Shown here: piece after piece, positions 1 to 8,471 of the stretch
How the letters are laid out: the number at the start of each line of letters is the position of its first letter
Position numbering within the stretch: the stretch's first letter is position 1
NCBI GenBank assembly: GCA_037440465.1
Contig: JBBIUB010000004.1
Location: 1-39,967, forward strand
Source: Coprothermobacterota bacterium
GTDB lineage: Bacteria > Coprothermobacterota > HKB111
DNA: 39,967 nucleotides
Direction of reading: 5' to 3'
Made by a program: the position numbers and the translations under genes
Notes under the pieces: generated by a model
Database searches by the model: none
Told to the model about the DNA's origin: nothing
What the model saw: the letters and a program-made list of their open reading frames with translations, nothing else

Positions 1-47
1 GCTATTACATCAACTAATAATCAGAGTATAAATCATTTACTTTCCTG

Positions 48-479
48 TTAAGGCACATAAACTACTCCCCTATCATGGGTAAGTACAATCCGAATAGCAT
101 TAGGATTACCAGACATCGTTCTCAAAGCTGTAAGAAGACCACCTGTCGCATTGGGGCTGGTTATAGTATAATTAGCGCCAGCCTCAGCCATAGAGTAACT
201 AGCTGAAATATTAGTTCCATCCCACCATCTAGGATTCTTCCCACCAAGATAAATATTTCTCCAAGTTTCATTTATGTTAACTGGATATACTCCTGTATCC
301 AAGGCGGATGTTTCCAAAGCCGTAGCAATGCTCCTTAACTCTCCAACTGCTGCGGTAATCTGCCCCCTGTATCTGGCACCTAATAGGTTAGGAATAAGAA
401 CAGCAGCTAAGATTACGATAATACTGATAACGATCAACAACTCAATCAACGTAAAGCCCTTACTTCCTCTTACAAACAT
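48..479 (-). CDS. Type IV pilin / GspG-like prepilin
   Basis: Class III signal KG|FTLIELLIV with E5, hydrophobic helix, then IPNLLGAR; strong SD AAGGAGGT upstream. Confidence 0.9.
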   Translation of the reverse strand: MFVRGSKGFTLIELLIVISIIVILAAVLIPNLLGARYRGQITAAVGELRSIATALETSALDTGVYPVNINETWRNIYLGGKNPRWWDGTNISASYSMAEAGANYTITSPNATGGLLTALRTMSGNPNAIRIVLTHDRGVVYVP

Positions 480-518
480 TTCCCTACCTCCTTTGAAAAA
501 TTTGGTTTGTTAAATCTC

Positions 519-567
519 TGGCTTACAGTTCTGTAAGCCATCTTCTCTTGTTCTGGTAATTATACCA
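519..567 (-). promoter_or_regulatory. Extended -10 (TGgTATAAT, 559-567) plus a perfect 10-bp-arm palindrome (519-540) in the pilin leader
   Basis: tggcttacag-tt-ctgtaagcca read directly; it lies between the -10 element and the SD. Confidence 0.5.
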
Positions 568-769
568 CCAGACATTAACTAAATACTACTACACCTACAC
601 ACCAAATAATTGCTCAAAAAATACCATATTATAAACATACTTGTCAAGATGTTGTAAGCGAAAAATAATTATTAATATTGTCTATATCAATATAAAATCC
701 TGATAAATGATTTATATATTACTTACTAAAAAGCACACTTTTTAAGTAATATGCCCGCAATGACAGGCA

Positions 770-1036
770 AGGGGGATTAAAATAGAGGGTATTCCGAGAG
801 GAGGAGTAAAGAGTAGAACCAGAAAACATTACAACCGCAGGTATCATATAGGATGGAAGCTCTTTTACGATAGTATAACCAAGTGCCATGTCCAGAGATT
901 ATTCCTGCTGGTGATGAAAAGGTGGTTTAGAAATAGTTATCCGAAATTAGCTGACGATGGCAATAGTGGACAGGATAATGATAATGGATATTACTATGCT
1001 GATTTCTATTAAGGTAAAGCTGTTTCTTTCTTTTAA
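770..1036 (-). pseudogene. Degenerate fourth pilin paralog
   Basis: A single frame reads LKERNS|FTLIEISIVISIIIILSTIAIVS*FRITISKPPFHHQQE*SLDMALGYTIVKELPSYM...LYFNP; no start codon, two in-frame TAA, central region missing; matches QEYTLSATLGYVITKEFP and QEYVLDWKGIYSITKEIPPY in the neighbouring pilins. Confidence 0.85.
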
Positions 1037-1497
1037 AGAGTCTCTAAAAATTCTAAACCTCTGGGGGTAACACGGATATACTTGACATTAGGTAAATCAA
1101 CCATCATGCTTACTATTTCTCTTATATGCGCAGGGAACTCCTTGGTTATTACATAACCAAGCGTGGCACTCAGGGTGTACTCTTGAATAGAGTCTGGGTC
1201 AGCATACAGAATACGGTCTTGCCTGTTCCAAGGCCAGGTGGGGTTTTTGTTGTTAAGATAATTAAGGCGAAATGCATCCAGTTCTGCCACAGTATCTCCG
1301 GGGTAACTCCCCATATCCATAGCATAGACCTCCAGAGCATTTTGTAAGGTTCTTAATTCAGACATCACAGATGCCACCTGGGCTCTATACCTGGCTGTTG
1401 TGAGATTTGGAATAAGAACAGACATCAGGGTTATGATTACAGACATGACTATCAGGAGTTCTATCAAAGTAAACCCTTCTATTCTTTTATTTAACAT
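1033..1497 (-). CDS. Type IV pilin / GspG-like prepilin
   Basis: EG|FTLIELLIV motif; IPNL...ARYRAQ...ELR shared with 48-479; SD AAGGGAGG. Confidence 0.9.
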   Translation of the reverse strand: MLNKRIEGFTLIELLIVMSVIITLMSVLIPNLTTARYRAQVASVMSELRTLQNALEVYAMDMGSYPGDTVAELDAFRLNYLNNKNPTWPWNRQDRILYADPDSIQEYTLSATLGYVITKEFPAHIREIVSMMVDLPNVKYIRVTPRGLEFLETL

Positions 1498-1623
1498 CTA
1501 AAAAACCCTCCCTTTTAAAATAGGCCTGATTTAAAGTTATATCCCAAAGTTATAAAAGCTATCATTCTTGCTAACTTCAAAATATATTATACAACATAAA
1601 GGAGCCTATTTAAAATAAAGTAT

Positions 1624-1650
1624 GAGACCCTGAACCAAGTTCAAGGTGAC
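1624..1650 (-). repeat. GTCA-tagged REP-like hairpin GTCACCTTGAACTTGGTTCAGGGTCTC
   Basis: Imperfect palindrome with a 3-nt loop, intergenic, 50 bp downstream of the 1700-2149 stop. Confidence 0.6.
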
Positions 1651-1699
1651 CTTCTAAGGTTTTGGGTAATGCATCAATGATAATATAGAATCAAGGCTG

Positions 1700-2149
1700 T
1701 TAGGGGAGAACAGCATGAATCACTATACCGTCTTTGGGATTAAGTTGGATGAACCTGGCACTTTTCACTCCAAATAATACATAAGTAGTCAGTCTTAAAT
1801 AAGGTGGTATCTCTTTGGTGATTGAATAAATGCCCTTCCAGTCCAGCACATATTCCTGTTCGGGAAACTCGGGGTCAGCGTATAGGATATGGTCCTTCCT
1901 ATTCCAGGACCAGAACGGGTTTTTACCGGCAAGATAACTTTGTCTGAAATTATCCAGCTCTTCTACCTCAGGATATCTACCCTTATTCATATGATAGGAC
2001 TTCAAAGCCTTGCCAATAGTTGTAAGCTCTGATGTTGTTAGGGTAACGAGAACAAAGGAAGCCAATATAACCCCAGCCACAAGAAAGAGCAGAATCCCTG
2101 CAACTATAAATCCTTTCATGTTTTCTTTAGTTTTTTGATTATTTATCAT
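1700..2149 (-). CDS. Pilin-like paralog lacking Glu5 (possible minor pilin)
   Basis: KG|FIVAG plus hydrophobic helix; LDNFRQSYLAGKNPFWSWNRKDHILYADP is homologous to LDAFRLNYLNNKNPTWPWNRQDRILYADP in 1033-1497. Confidence 0.75.
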   Translation of the reverse strand: MINNQKTKENMKGFIVAGILLFLVAGVILASFVLVTLTTSELTTIGKALKSYHMNKGRYPEVEELDNFRQSYLAGKNPFWSWNRKDHILYADPEFPEQEYVLDWKGIYSITKEIPPYLRLTTYVLFGVKSARFIQLNPKDGIVIHAVLP

Positions 2150-2211
2150 AATTTCAAAATCTCCTTATCAATATTCTATACCTATAACAGACGATTTATT
2201 TAAAACAAATA

Positions 2212-2958
2212 TCAATGAAGAATGGATAGGGTTTTTATTCCCCACATAAGAGAAACGCCTGTCAGGATATAGAAAAGCTGAAACAAGGACTCACCAGGGT
2301 TGCTTCTTCTGTTATGTAATTGAGGAATGAGGTCTGAGCCAGCAAGATAAATAAATCCACCTGCCGCCAGAGGAAGGATTATAGAAACTATTCCCTTAAA
2401 AAGTAAGATTGCAAAAAAATAGGTTACCAGAACACCCAGAAGTGAGAAAGAAGCTGATAGGAAGTTATACATTAAAGCTTGGGTCTTTGTAAAACCGCCA
2501 TGAAGTAAAACCCCAAAATCTCCCATCTCCTGAGGGATTTCGTGATATATCACTGCCAGAGTGGTCGTAACACCCAGGGGAACGCTGGAAATAAAGGCAG
2601 AAGCGATAATTACACCGTCAAGAAAATTGTGAAGTCCATCCCCAAAAAGGTTTATATAAGCAAATGAGTGGACCTGGCAGTCTATATCATGGCAGTGCCT
2701 CCACTGAAGGAGTTTCTCCACCAGAAAGAATAGGCAGATTCCCCCTATAACATAGATGAAGACAACATCATTGCCTTTCTCCAGGGCTTCGGGGATGAGA
2801 TGAAGAAAAGCACTTCCAAAAAGAGTGCCCGAGGAGAAAGCAACCAAAATGAGGAGTATCTTTTTTAAGATTCTGTCCTTTAAACCAAGGAGGATAATAC
2901 CTATTAAGGAAAGAAGACTGCATAAAATTGAAGCGATAAGAGCGTAAATTAGGGTCAT
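2212..2958 (-). CDS. ZIP family metal (Zn) transporter
   Basis: HLIPEA, HCH loop, GDGLHNFLDG, HEIPQEMGDF motifs; multiple TM helices. Confidence 0.93.
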   Translation of the reverse strand: MTLIYALIASILCSLLSLIGIILLGLKDRILKKILLILVAFSSGTLFGSAFLHLIPEALEKGNDVVFIYVIGGICLFFLVEKLLQWRHCHDIDCQVHSFAYINLFGDGLHNFLDGVIIASAFISSVPLGVTTTLAVIYHEIPQEMGDFGVLLHGGFTKTQALMYNFLSASFSLLGVLVTYFFAILLFKGIVSIILPLAAGGFIYLAGSDLIPQLHNRRSNPGESLFQLFYILTGVSLMWGIKTLSILH

Positions 2959-2975
2959 TTCAGGTAAGGGTCATT

Positions 2976-3773
2976 TTAAGTATGGAAGAGATTTATTAGC
3001 TCTGGGAGGTCTTTTACTACCAAATCTGGTGTCAAATTCGGTGAGGTGGCAAGCTCATCTTTAAGCGTAACTCCTGTTAAAACAAGAATAGAGTAAAGGT
3101 TATGATGTTGAGCAGTTAATACATCAATATCCAAACGGTCCCCCACCAGCGCTGTTACCTTTCTGAAAGTCCCCAGAGCCTTAAGAGCCAGTTCCACCAT
3201 TTTACCTTCGGGCTTTCCTATAATTATGGCTTTTACCCCGGAAGCAGTCTCTACTGCCCTGACGAGAGAACCTCCACCAGGCTCCATTCTCCCATCTTCA
3301 GCAGGGAAAGAAGAATCTGGATTGGCACCTATGAGTGGTGCACCTGCCCTCACCCTCAGCATGGCTTCTTGGAGTTTACGATAAGTGAAATTTCTATCCA
3401 GCCCTACTACCACCGCATCTACTTTTTCGTCCTGACTCACCTGCCATCCATAGGTTTTAAGTGACCTTTTGAGTGGTCGGGAGCCCACCACATAAACCTT
3501 TCCTGTGGGGGAAATCTCGTTTTTCAGGTAAGTTCCTACTCCACGGGAACTGGTGAAGACTTCACTGGATTTGATGGTTATACCATGCCTACCAAAGAAA
3601 CGGGATATACCCAGTGGTGTATAGGTGGAGTTGTTGGTTAGAAGGAGGAATTTTTTCCCTTCCTTCCTGAGAAGTGATATAAACTCCCCTGCACCCGGGA
3701 GGACTTTCTTCCCCCGCACGAGAACGCCATCTATGTCTATTAAAAAGGCTTTTAAATCTTTCAATGGAATCAT
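2976..3773 (-). CDS. HAD-IIA (NagD-like) phosphatase
   Basis: DIDGVL, LTNNS, GKP, GDRLDID, VLTG motifs. Confidence 0.92.
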   Translation of the reverse strand: MIPLKDLKAFLIDIDGVLVRGKKVLPGAGEFISLLRKEGKKFLLLTNNSTYTPLGISRFFGRHGITIKSSEVFTSSRGVGTYLKNEISPTGKVYVVGSRPLKRSLKTYGWQVSQDEKVDAVVVGLDRNFTYRKLQEAMLRVRAGAPLIGANPDSSFPAEDGRMEPGGGSLVRAVETASGVKAIIIGKPEGKMVELALKALGTFRKVTALVGDRLDIDVLTAQHHNLYSILVLTGVTLKDELATSPNLTPDLVVKDLPELINLFHT

Positions 3774-3783
3774 AGTTATTATT

Positions 3784-4704
3784 TTATTTTACTCCTCCCC
3801 CCCTTACGTGGGAGGGTAGGGTAGGGGGTCTGTATGAACTTCTAACGAGTGGCCCTGCCACTACTTCCTTGAATCCAAGCCTCAGGGTTTCTTCTCTTAT
3901 TTCCTCAAACTCGTCAGGATGATAGTAACGATTGACTTCAAGATGCCTTTTAGTGGGTGGAAGATACTGCCCTATGGTAACTAAATCTACACCCACCCCT
4001 CTTAAGTCCTCCAGGGTATTTAATATCTCCCCTCTTTCTTCTCCCAGACCTACCATAAATCCACTTTTAGTAGTAAGCGCCTTATTGACTTCCTTCATGG
4101 AGTTCAGAACCTTAAGGGAAAGAAGGTAAGACGCTCTTGGATGCCTTATAAAAGGGGTTAGTCTTTCTATTGTTTCTATGTTATGCCCTGATATATCCGG
4201 ATTTCCTTCAATAACATCTTTCAATGCTCCCAGCTCGCCATTAAAATCAGGCAATAGCACTTCTACTTCAACCTGAGGATTTTGAGCTTTTAATCTGAGA
4301 AGAGTCTCTTTGAAAATAGAAGCACCACCATCTTTTAAATCGTCTCTGGTCACCGAAGTTAAAACCACATATTTAAGATCCAAACAAGCTACCGCCTCCG
4401 CTACCTTGCTGGGTTCTTCTATATCCAGAAAACCTGCTGGATTACCAACTTCCACTGCACAGAATTTACACCCGCGGGTACAGATTTTGCCAAGTAGTAT
4501 AAAGGTGGCGTGTTTCTTACTCCAACAGTGACCCAGATTGGGACAATGGGCTTCTTCGCAGACAGTTGAAAGGTTGTAGTCTTTGAGGACCCTTCGTACC
4601 TCTGGATAGTTAAGGTAACCAGCCATCTTACTTCTAATCCAGGCAGGTTTCCTTGGTGGGGGCTGCTCATCAGGGGGATTCTGGGTAGAGGTATCGGGGG
4701 TCAT
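3784..4704 (-). CDS. lipA: Lipoyl synthase
   Basis: CEEAHCPNLGHC auxiliary-cluster motif, CTRGCKFC radical-SAM motif, C-terminal RSSY. Confidence 0.96.
   Translation of the reverse strand: MTPDTSTQNPPDEQPPPRKPAWIRSKMAGYLNYPEVRRVLKDYNLSTVCEEAHCPNLGHCWSKKHATFILLGKICTRGCKFCAVEVGNPAGFLDIEEPSKVAEAVACLDLKYVVLTSVTRDDLKDGGASIFKETLLRLKAQNPQVEVEVLLPDFNGELGALKDVIEGNPDISGHNIETIERLTPFIRHPRASYLLSLKVLNSMKEVNKALTTKSGFMVGLGEERGEILNTLEDLRGVGVDLVTIGQYLPPTKRHLEVNRYYHPDEFEEIREETLRLGFKEVVAGPLVRSSYRPPTLPSHVRGGGVK
3790..3829. repeat. C/G-rich REP-like element overlapping the lipA 3' end
   Basis: tactcctcccccccttacgtgggagggtagggtagggggt; 3810-3822 is identical to 7189-7201. Confidence 0.6.
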
Positions 4705-4712
4705 CTTTCCTT

Positions 4713-5762
4713 TTAAAAGCGGAGTTTATCTTCACGGGTAAGTAGGCTAATCCAAATTTTACCAACTGTAAAGGTCATTTTTTCTCCTGTAATACCTGTA
4801 AGTTCTAACCTGGAGTCTGGTGAAGGCTTTTTCCACTTGCCTTCAAATATCTGACCATCTCTAAATAGATATGTTTTACCCTCTCCCACAATCTCTAAAT
4901 CTAAATGCCCGAGGGTGGTGGTAACCTTCCCTTTGACTATTAATATCAGTAAGTTCTTGGTAGTTATGTTTTCTCCTGTAAGCTCATCATTATGAGGTTT
5001 TCCTGCCTGATTTCTTGTGTAGGCATTAGATTCCTTATCATAAACCCAGAGTGACCCGTAAGAAGCAGGTGAGTTTTTTATCTCTACCTCTTTTATATCT
5101 CCCTTTTCTTGGGGAGGTGTGGTGAAGGAAAAAGATTCGTAAGACTTTGAAATATACTCCCAACCCTTGTCTTTAAGCGCCTTGAAAAGATTAACCCCAC
5201 TTGTATATAGATTATAAGGGGGCTGTCTACTTTTTTCCCTCCAGAAATACCTCCCACTTTGAAACTGGTCTAAATTCCGTATCTTGATATCTCCCGATTT
5301 TATCTTTTTAAGTGCTCTGGTGTCACCTCCAGCGTGAATGAGAACGGCATCATATTCGGGAATGATGTCCAGAAAGGCCAATCTCAAAGAACGCACAGGT
5401 CCTATTTTTGAAGGTAATTGTCGGTAAAAGAAGGCTAAAAATCGGGTGATACCGCCTTCGGTGGGTATTTCGTAGACTATACAGGCACTACTCAAGCCAG
5501 ATTGCGGACGAGCATCTATCTGATTGTCTATTACCACAGCCACAGGAGTTCGTCTTAGAAGTTCTTCTTCAACTCCTTCTCCTGTCAGGGGAGAGGGGAA
5601 AAGGGCTTTACTTTCTTTAGAAATTGAAGAGGTTTCACCTTCATTGTCTGGAGGAGTGAGGGTTTCAGCAAGCCATCCGTTATCATGTAATCTTTCTGCT
5701 GCCAACATACAGATGGCGAGAGCCAGTATTAAAGCAATAAAGATTTTTAATATCAGTTTCAT
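4713..5762 (-). CDS. DUF3048 (YerB-like) secreted or membrane-anchored protein
   Basis: N-terminal hydrophobic segment; SPLTG, IDN, ARPQSGL, EGGITR, GPVRS, HAGG motifs. Confidence 0.88.
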   Translation of the reverse strand: MKLILKIFIALILALAICMLAAERLHDNGWLAETLTPPDNEGETSSISKESKALFPSPLTGEGVEEELLRRTPVAVVIDNQIDARPQSGLSSACIVYEIPTEGGITRFLAFFYRQLPSKIGPVRSLRLAFLDIIPEYDAVLIHAGGDTRALKKIKSGDIKIRNLDQFQSGRYFWREKSRQPPYNLYTSGVNLFKALKDKGWEYISKSYESFSFTTPPQEKGDIKEVEIKNSPASYGSLWVYDKESNAYTRNQAGKPHNDELTGENITTKNLLILIVKGKVTTTLGHLDLEIVGEGKTYLFRDGQIFEGKWKKPSPDSRLELTGITGEKMTFTVGKIWISLLTREDKLRF

Positions 5763-5976
5763 ATCTTATTAATTATATATGTAATAAAAGAGAGATAAGC
5801 AAAAAAATGAGTTTTATAAAAATGTATAAAAAATGTGGTAAATAAGGTAAAATAAATAAGGACTAATCCAAAACCCTGAATTCAGAATAAGGAATGGACT
5901 AATACTAACAGTCAGGCTTCTGGCTTGTAGCAAAAAAACAACACAAAGATTATAAAAAAGAGATTGAGGTGAAATT

Positions 5977-7032
5977 ATTAATAACTCAACCGTCGTAGCA
6001 GTTGGTGGCCTTGCAAAAAATACTGGTAAGACCACTACTGTAAAGAAAATAATATCGGAATATCAGTTAAAGAAAAAACCCTTTCTACTCACTGGTATAG
6101 GTTACGACGGAGAAGCTTACGACCTTATTACCGGTTTACCAAAACCACGCTACTTGCTCGAAAAGGGAACTCTAATTCTTACCTCTCTGAACCCCATGAG
6201 TTCGGAAAGGAATAACCTTTCCATTATCCAGGAGCTCAATTTTAAAAACCCACTTGGTAATTTGGTTCTTGCTGAAGTTAAACAAAGGGATTACTTTCTT
6301 CTGGCAGGTCCCAACAGAGGACCAGATCTTGAAAAAGCCCTGAAGTCCATATCTCTCGGTAATGATACCTCAACCCTGGTGGACGGAGCTATTAACAGGC
6401 TGGTGCCTCTTTCTATCTCTTCTGGCTTGGTTTTAACCCTGGGGGCTTCTTACTCTACTAATCTTGAGTATTTATCTAAAACCGCAACTGCTCTGTATCA
6501 TCTTTTCTCTTTAAGAGAAAAGGGAAAAGAAGCAAAGAAAGAATGTCCCAACTGCCCACCAATAATTTCCTTCATAGATGAGCAGGGAGAAAAGCAGATA
6601 CCATATACCTCTCTCTATGCAACTAATGTTTTTAAAAAAATAAAAAGTGAAGCTCAAGGAATGATAAAGGAACTGTTGGTTCCAGGAATTATTTCTTCAA
6701 CCATTTTTAATGAACTAAGAGGTTTAATGGAAGAAGAAGGGCGAATCTGGTTTAAGAACCCACTTGTTTTACTGGCAACAAACAGTGCAGTGTTCTGGAA
6801 TGAGTCTTTCTATAAAAATAACATTAAAATATCGTTCTTCCAGAGCCCTAACTTGATTGCTTTCACCGTAAATCCATTTTATCCTTACTATGAAACAGGA
6901 AAATTTATACCTAAATATTTAGAAGCTGATGCACTCAAAGATGCCATCGCTTCTTCTTCTCCTCTCCCTGTTTTTGATGTGGTTAAATATCCCGAAGAGA
7001 GTATTACTGATCTTTTTGTTAACGATAAATAA
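5977..7032 (+). CDS. P-loop protein resembling the lysine 5,6-aminomutase reactivase subunit KamB; start extended from 6154 to a probable ATT
   Basis: Frame is open from TGA 5965-5967 and encodes GLAKNTGKTT and TGIGYDGE..D..TGLPKP upstream of the track's start; GAGGTG SD at 5966-5971; later DGAINR and TVNP motifs. Confidence 0.6.
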   Translation: MNNSTVVAVGGLAKNTGKTTTVKKIISEYQLKKKPFLLTGIGYDGEAYDLITGLPKPRYLLEKGTLILTSLNPMSSERNNLSIIQELNFKNPLGNLVLAEVKQRDYFLLAGPNRGPDLEKALKSISLGNDTSTLVDGAINRLVPLSISSGLVLTLGASYSTNLEYLSKTATALYHLFSLREKGKEAKKECPNCPPIISFIDEQGEKQIPYTSLYATNVFKKIKSEAQGMIKELLVPGIISSTIFNELRGLMEEEGRIWFKNPLVLLATNSAVFWNESFYKNNIKISFFQSPNLIAFTVNPFYPYYETGKFIPKYLEADALKDAIASSSPLPVFDVVKYPEESITDLFVNDK

Positions 7033-7075
7033 AATTCTGAATTCACTGTTCAAAAATTAATTTTACGACTTCTCC

Positions 7076-7183
7076 ACTTGTCACCTGTCACTGTTTCTAA
7101 ATTACTTGTCATATGTCACCTATCACACGTCACTCGTCACAGCTTTTAATTACTTGTCACCCGTCACCCGTCACATGTCACAA
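7076..7183. repeat. GTCACNN heptamer array, 11 units in three blocks (2+5+4)
   Basis: Blocks start with ACTTGTCA at 7076, 7104 and 7152. Confidence 0.9.
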
Positions 7184-7205
7184 ATCAGGGGAGGGTAGGG
7201 TGGGG
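7151..7205 (+). repeat. Left arm of inverted repeat bracketing the maltodextrin operon
   Basis: 43/48 identical (plus one 7-nt unit gap) to the reverse complement of 14575-14622. Confidence 0.88.
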
Positions 7206-7208
7206 ATA

Positions 7209-7217
7209 TGCTACAAT
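7209..7217 (+). promoter_or_regulatory. Extended -10 (TGcTACAAT) for the maltodextrin operon
   Basis: Motif match ~35 bp upstream of the ATG; GGAGG SD follows. Confidence 0.5.
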
Positions 7218-7249
7218 AGGGTTAAGAAATTTAAGGGAGGTATGAAAGT

Positions 7250-8470
7250 ATGAAAAGGGCCCTTTTGATTTTCTTGGTGGTAGTTTTATTATCAGGTACT
7301 CTTTTTGTTTTCGGTTGTAAACCTAAAAAAGCTGAGGCTCCAGATGTGGTTGTCTGGCACAGCTTAACCCCGGCAGTGGAAGAGCTATCTAAAGCTCATA
7401 TTGAAAAGACTTTCAAAAAACTCTATCCTGATATCACGGTGAAGATGGAACATATTTCCGATCTAAGAACTCGCCTTCTGGCCGCTATACCCGCTAAGAT
7501 GGGTCCTGACATCTTCATCTGGGCACACGACTGGACAGGAGAATTCTCTAAGGCAGGATATATTCTCCCTATTGACGAGTTCATGACACCTGAACTTAAA
7601 GCCAAATATGTAGATTTCGCCTATGAAGCCTGTGCCTACAACGGCAAGACCTGGGCTCTACCATTTGCAGGCGAAACTGTCGCTCTCTTCTACAACAAAA
7701 CACTGGTGAAAGAAGCTCCCAAAACCGTACCCGAACTTGTCACTTATATGAAGGCAAACCATAAACCTGGAGAAGGTAAATATGGTATTGCTTACCCTAT
7801 TGACCCCTACTTCGTCTCCGCCTGGGTACACGGCTTTGGCGGGTGGTACTTCAGGGATAGCGATAAAACTGCCGGCGTGAACACCGAAGGCGCAATAAAG
7901 GGCCTCAAATACCTTTCAGATAACTTCAAACCCTATATGGGTCCTGACCCGGCTGGTGACATCCAGAGAGGTGTCTTCCATGCCGGCATGGCCCCCTTCC
8001 TGATAGATGGACCCTGGGGGATTCCTGCTGTGGAAAAGGCTGGCATTAACTATGGCGTGGCCATCCTCCCAAAGATACCCGAGATAGACGCTTATCCCAA
8101 ACCTTTCACAGGTATTCAAGTAATGTGGATAACTAACAATGTTAAAAACAAAGAAAAGGCTTTCAAGTTTATGGAGTGGTTTACCACGGACCTCCCACAC
8201 ATCACAGAAAGGGCTACCAAATTCAGATACATCCCTGTCTTGAAAGAGTCTTTAGAGGCTGAAGGAGTGAAAGATAACCCGATAATTATGACCTTTGCTC
8301 AACAGATGAGAGATTATGGTGTCCTTATGCCCAGAGGTCCCGAAATGATGCTCACCTGGGGACCTTTTGGAGATGCTCTGCTATCTTTCTGGCTGGAACC
8401 TGCTAAGCTTGAGGCTCTCTTTGACGCAGCTCAAAAGGATATAGAGGAAAGAATAAAGAAGGCCCCGTAA
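7250..8470 (+). CDS. malE: Maltose/maltodextrin ABC substrate-binding lipoprotein
   Basis: Lipobox VFGC; GPDIFIWAHD, ALFYNK, IDGPW motifs. Confidence 0.88.
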   Translation: MKRALLIFLVVVLLSGTLFVFGCKPKKAEAPDVVVWHSLTPAVEELSKAHIEKTFKKLYPDITVKMEHISDLRTRLLAAIPAKMGPDIFIWAHDWTGEFSKAGYILPIDEFMTPELKAKYVDFAYEACAYNGKTWALPFAGETVALFYNKTLVKEAPKTVPELVTYMKANHKPGEGKYGIAYPIDPYFVSAWVHGFGGWYFRDSDKTAGVNTEGAIKGLKYLSDNFKPYMGPDPAGDIQRGVFHAGMAPFLIDGPWGIPAVEKAGINYGVAILPKIPEIDAYPKPFTGIQVMWITNNVKNKEKAFKFMEWFTTDLPHITERATKFRYIPVLKESLEAEGVKDNPIIMTFAQQMRDYGVLMPRGPEMMLTWGPFGDALLSFWLEPAKLEALFDAAQKDIEERIKKAP

Positions 8471-8471
8471 G

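Noticed and set aside
5572..5606. REP-like C/G-rich stretch inside the DUF3048 gene
   Set aside because: Encodes the family-typical SPLTG motif; likely coincidental
5814..6035. 73-aa minus-strand ORF
   Set aside because: Overlaps the extended P-loop gene antisense and an AT-rich promoter region; no motif
7076..7183. Possible CRISPR array
   Set aside because: 7-bp units with no unique ~30-bp spacers; no cas genes
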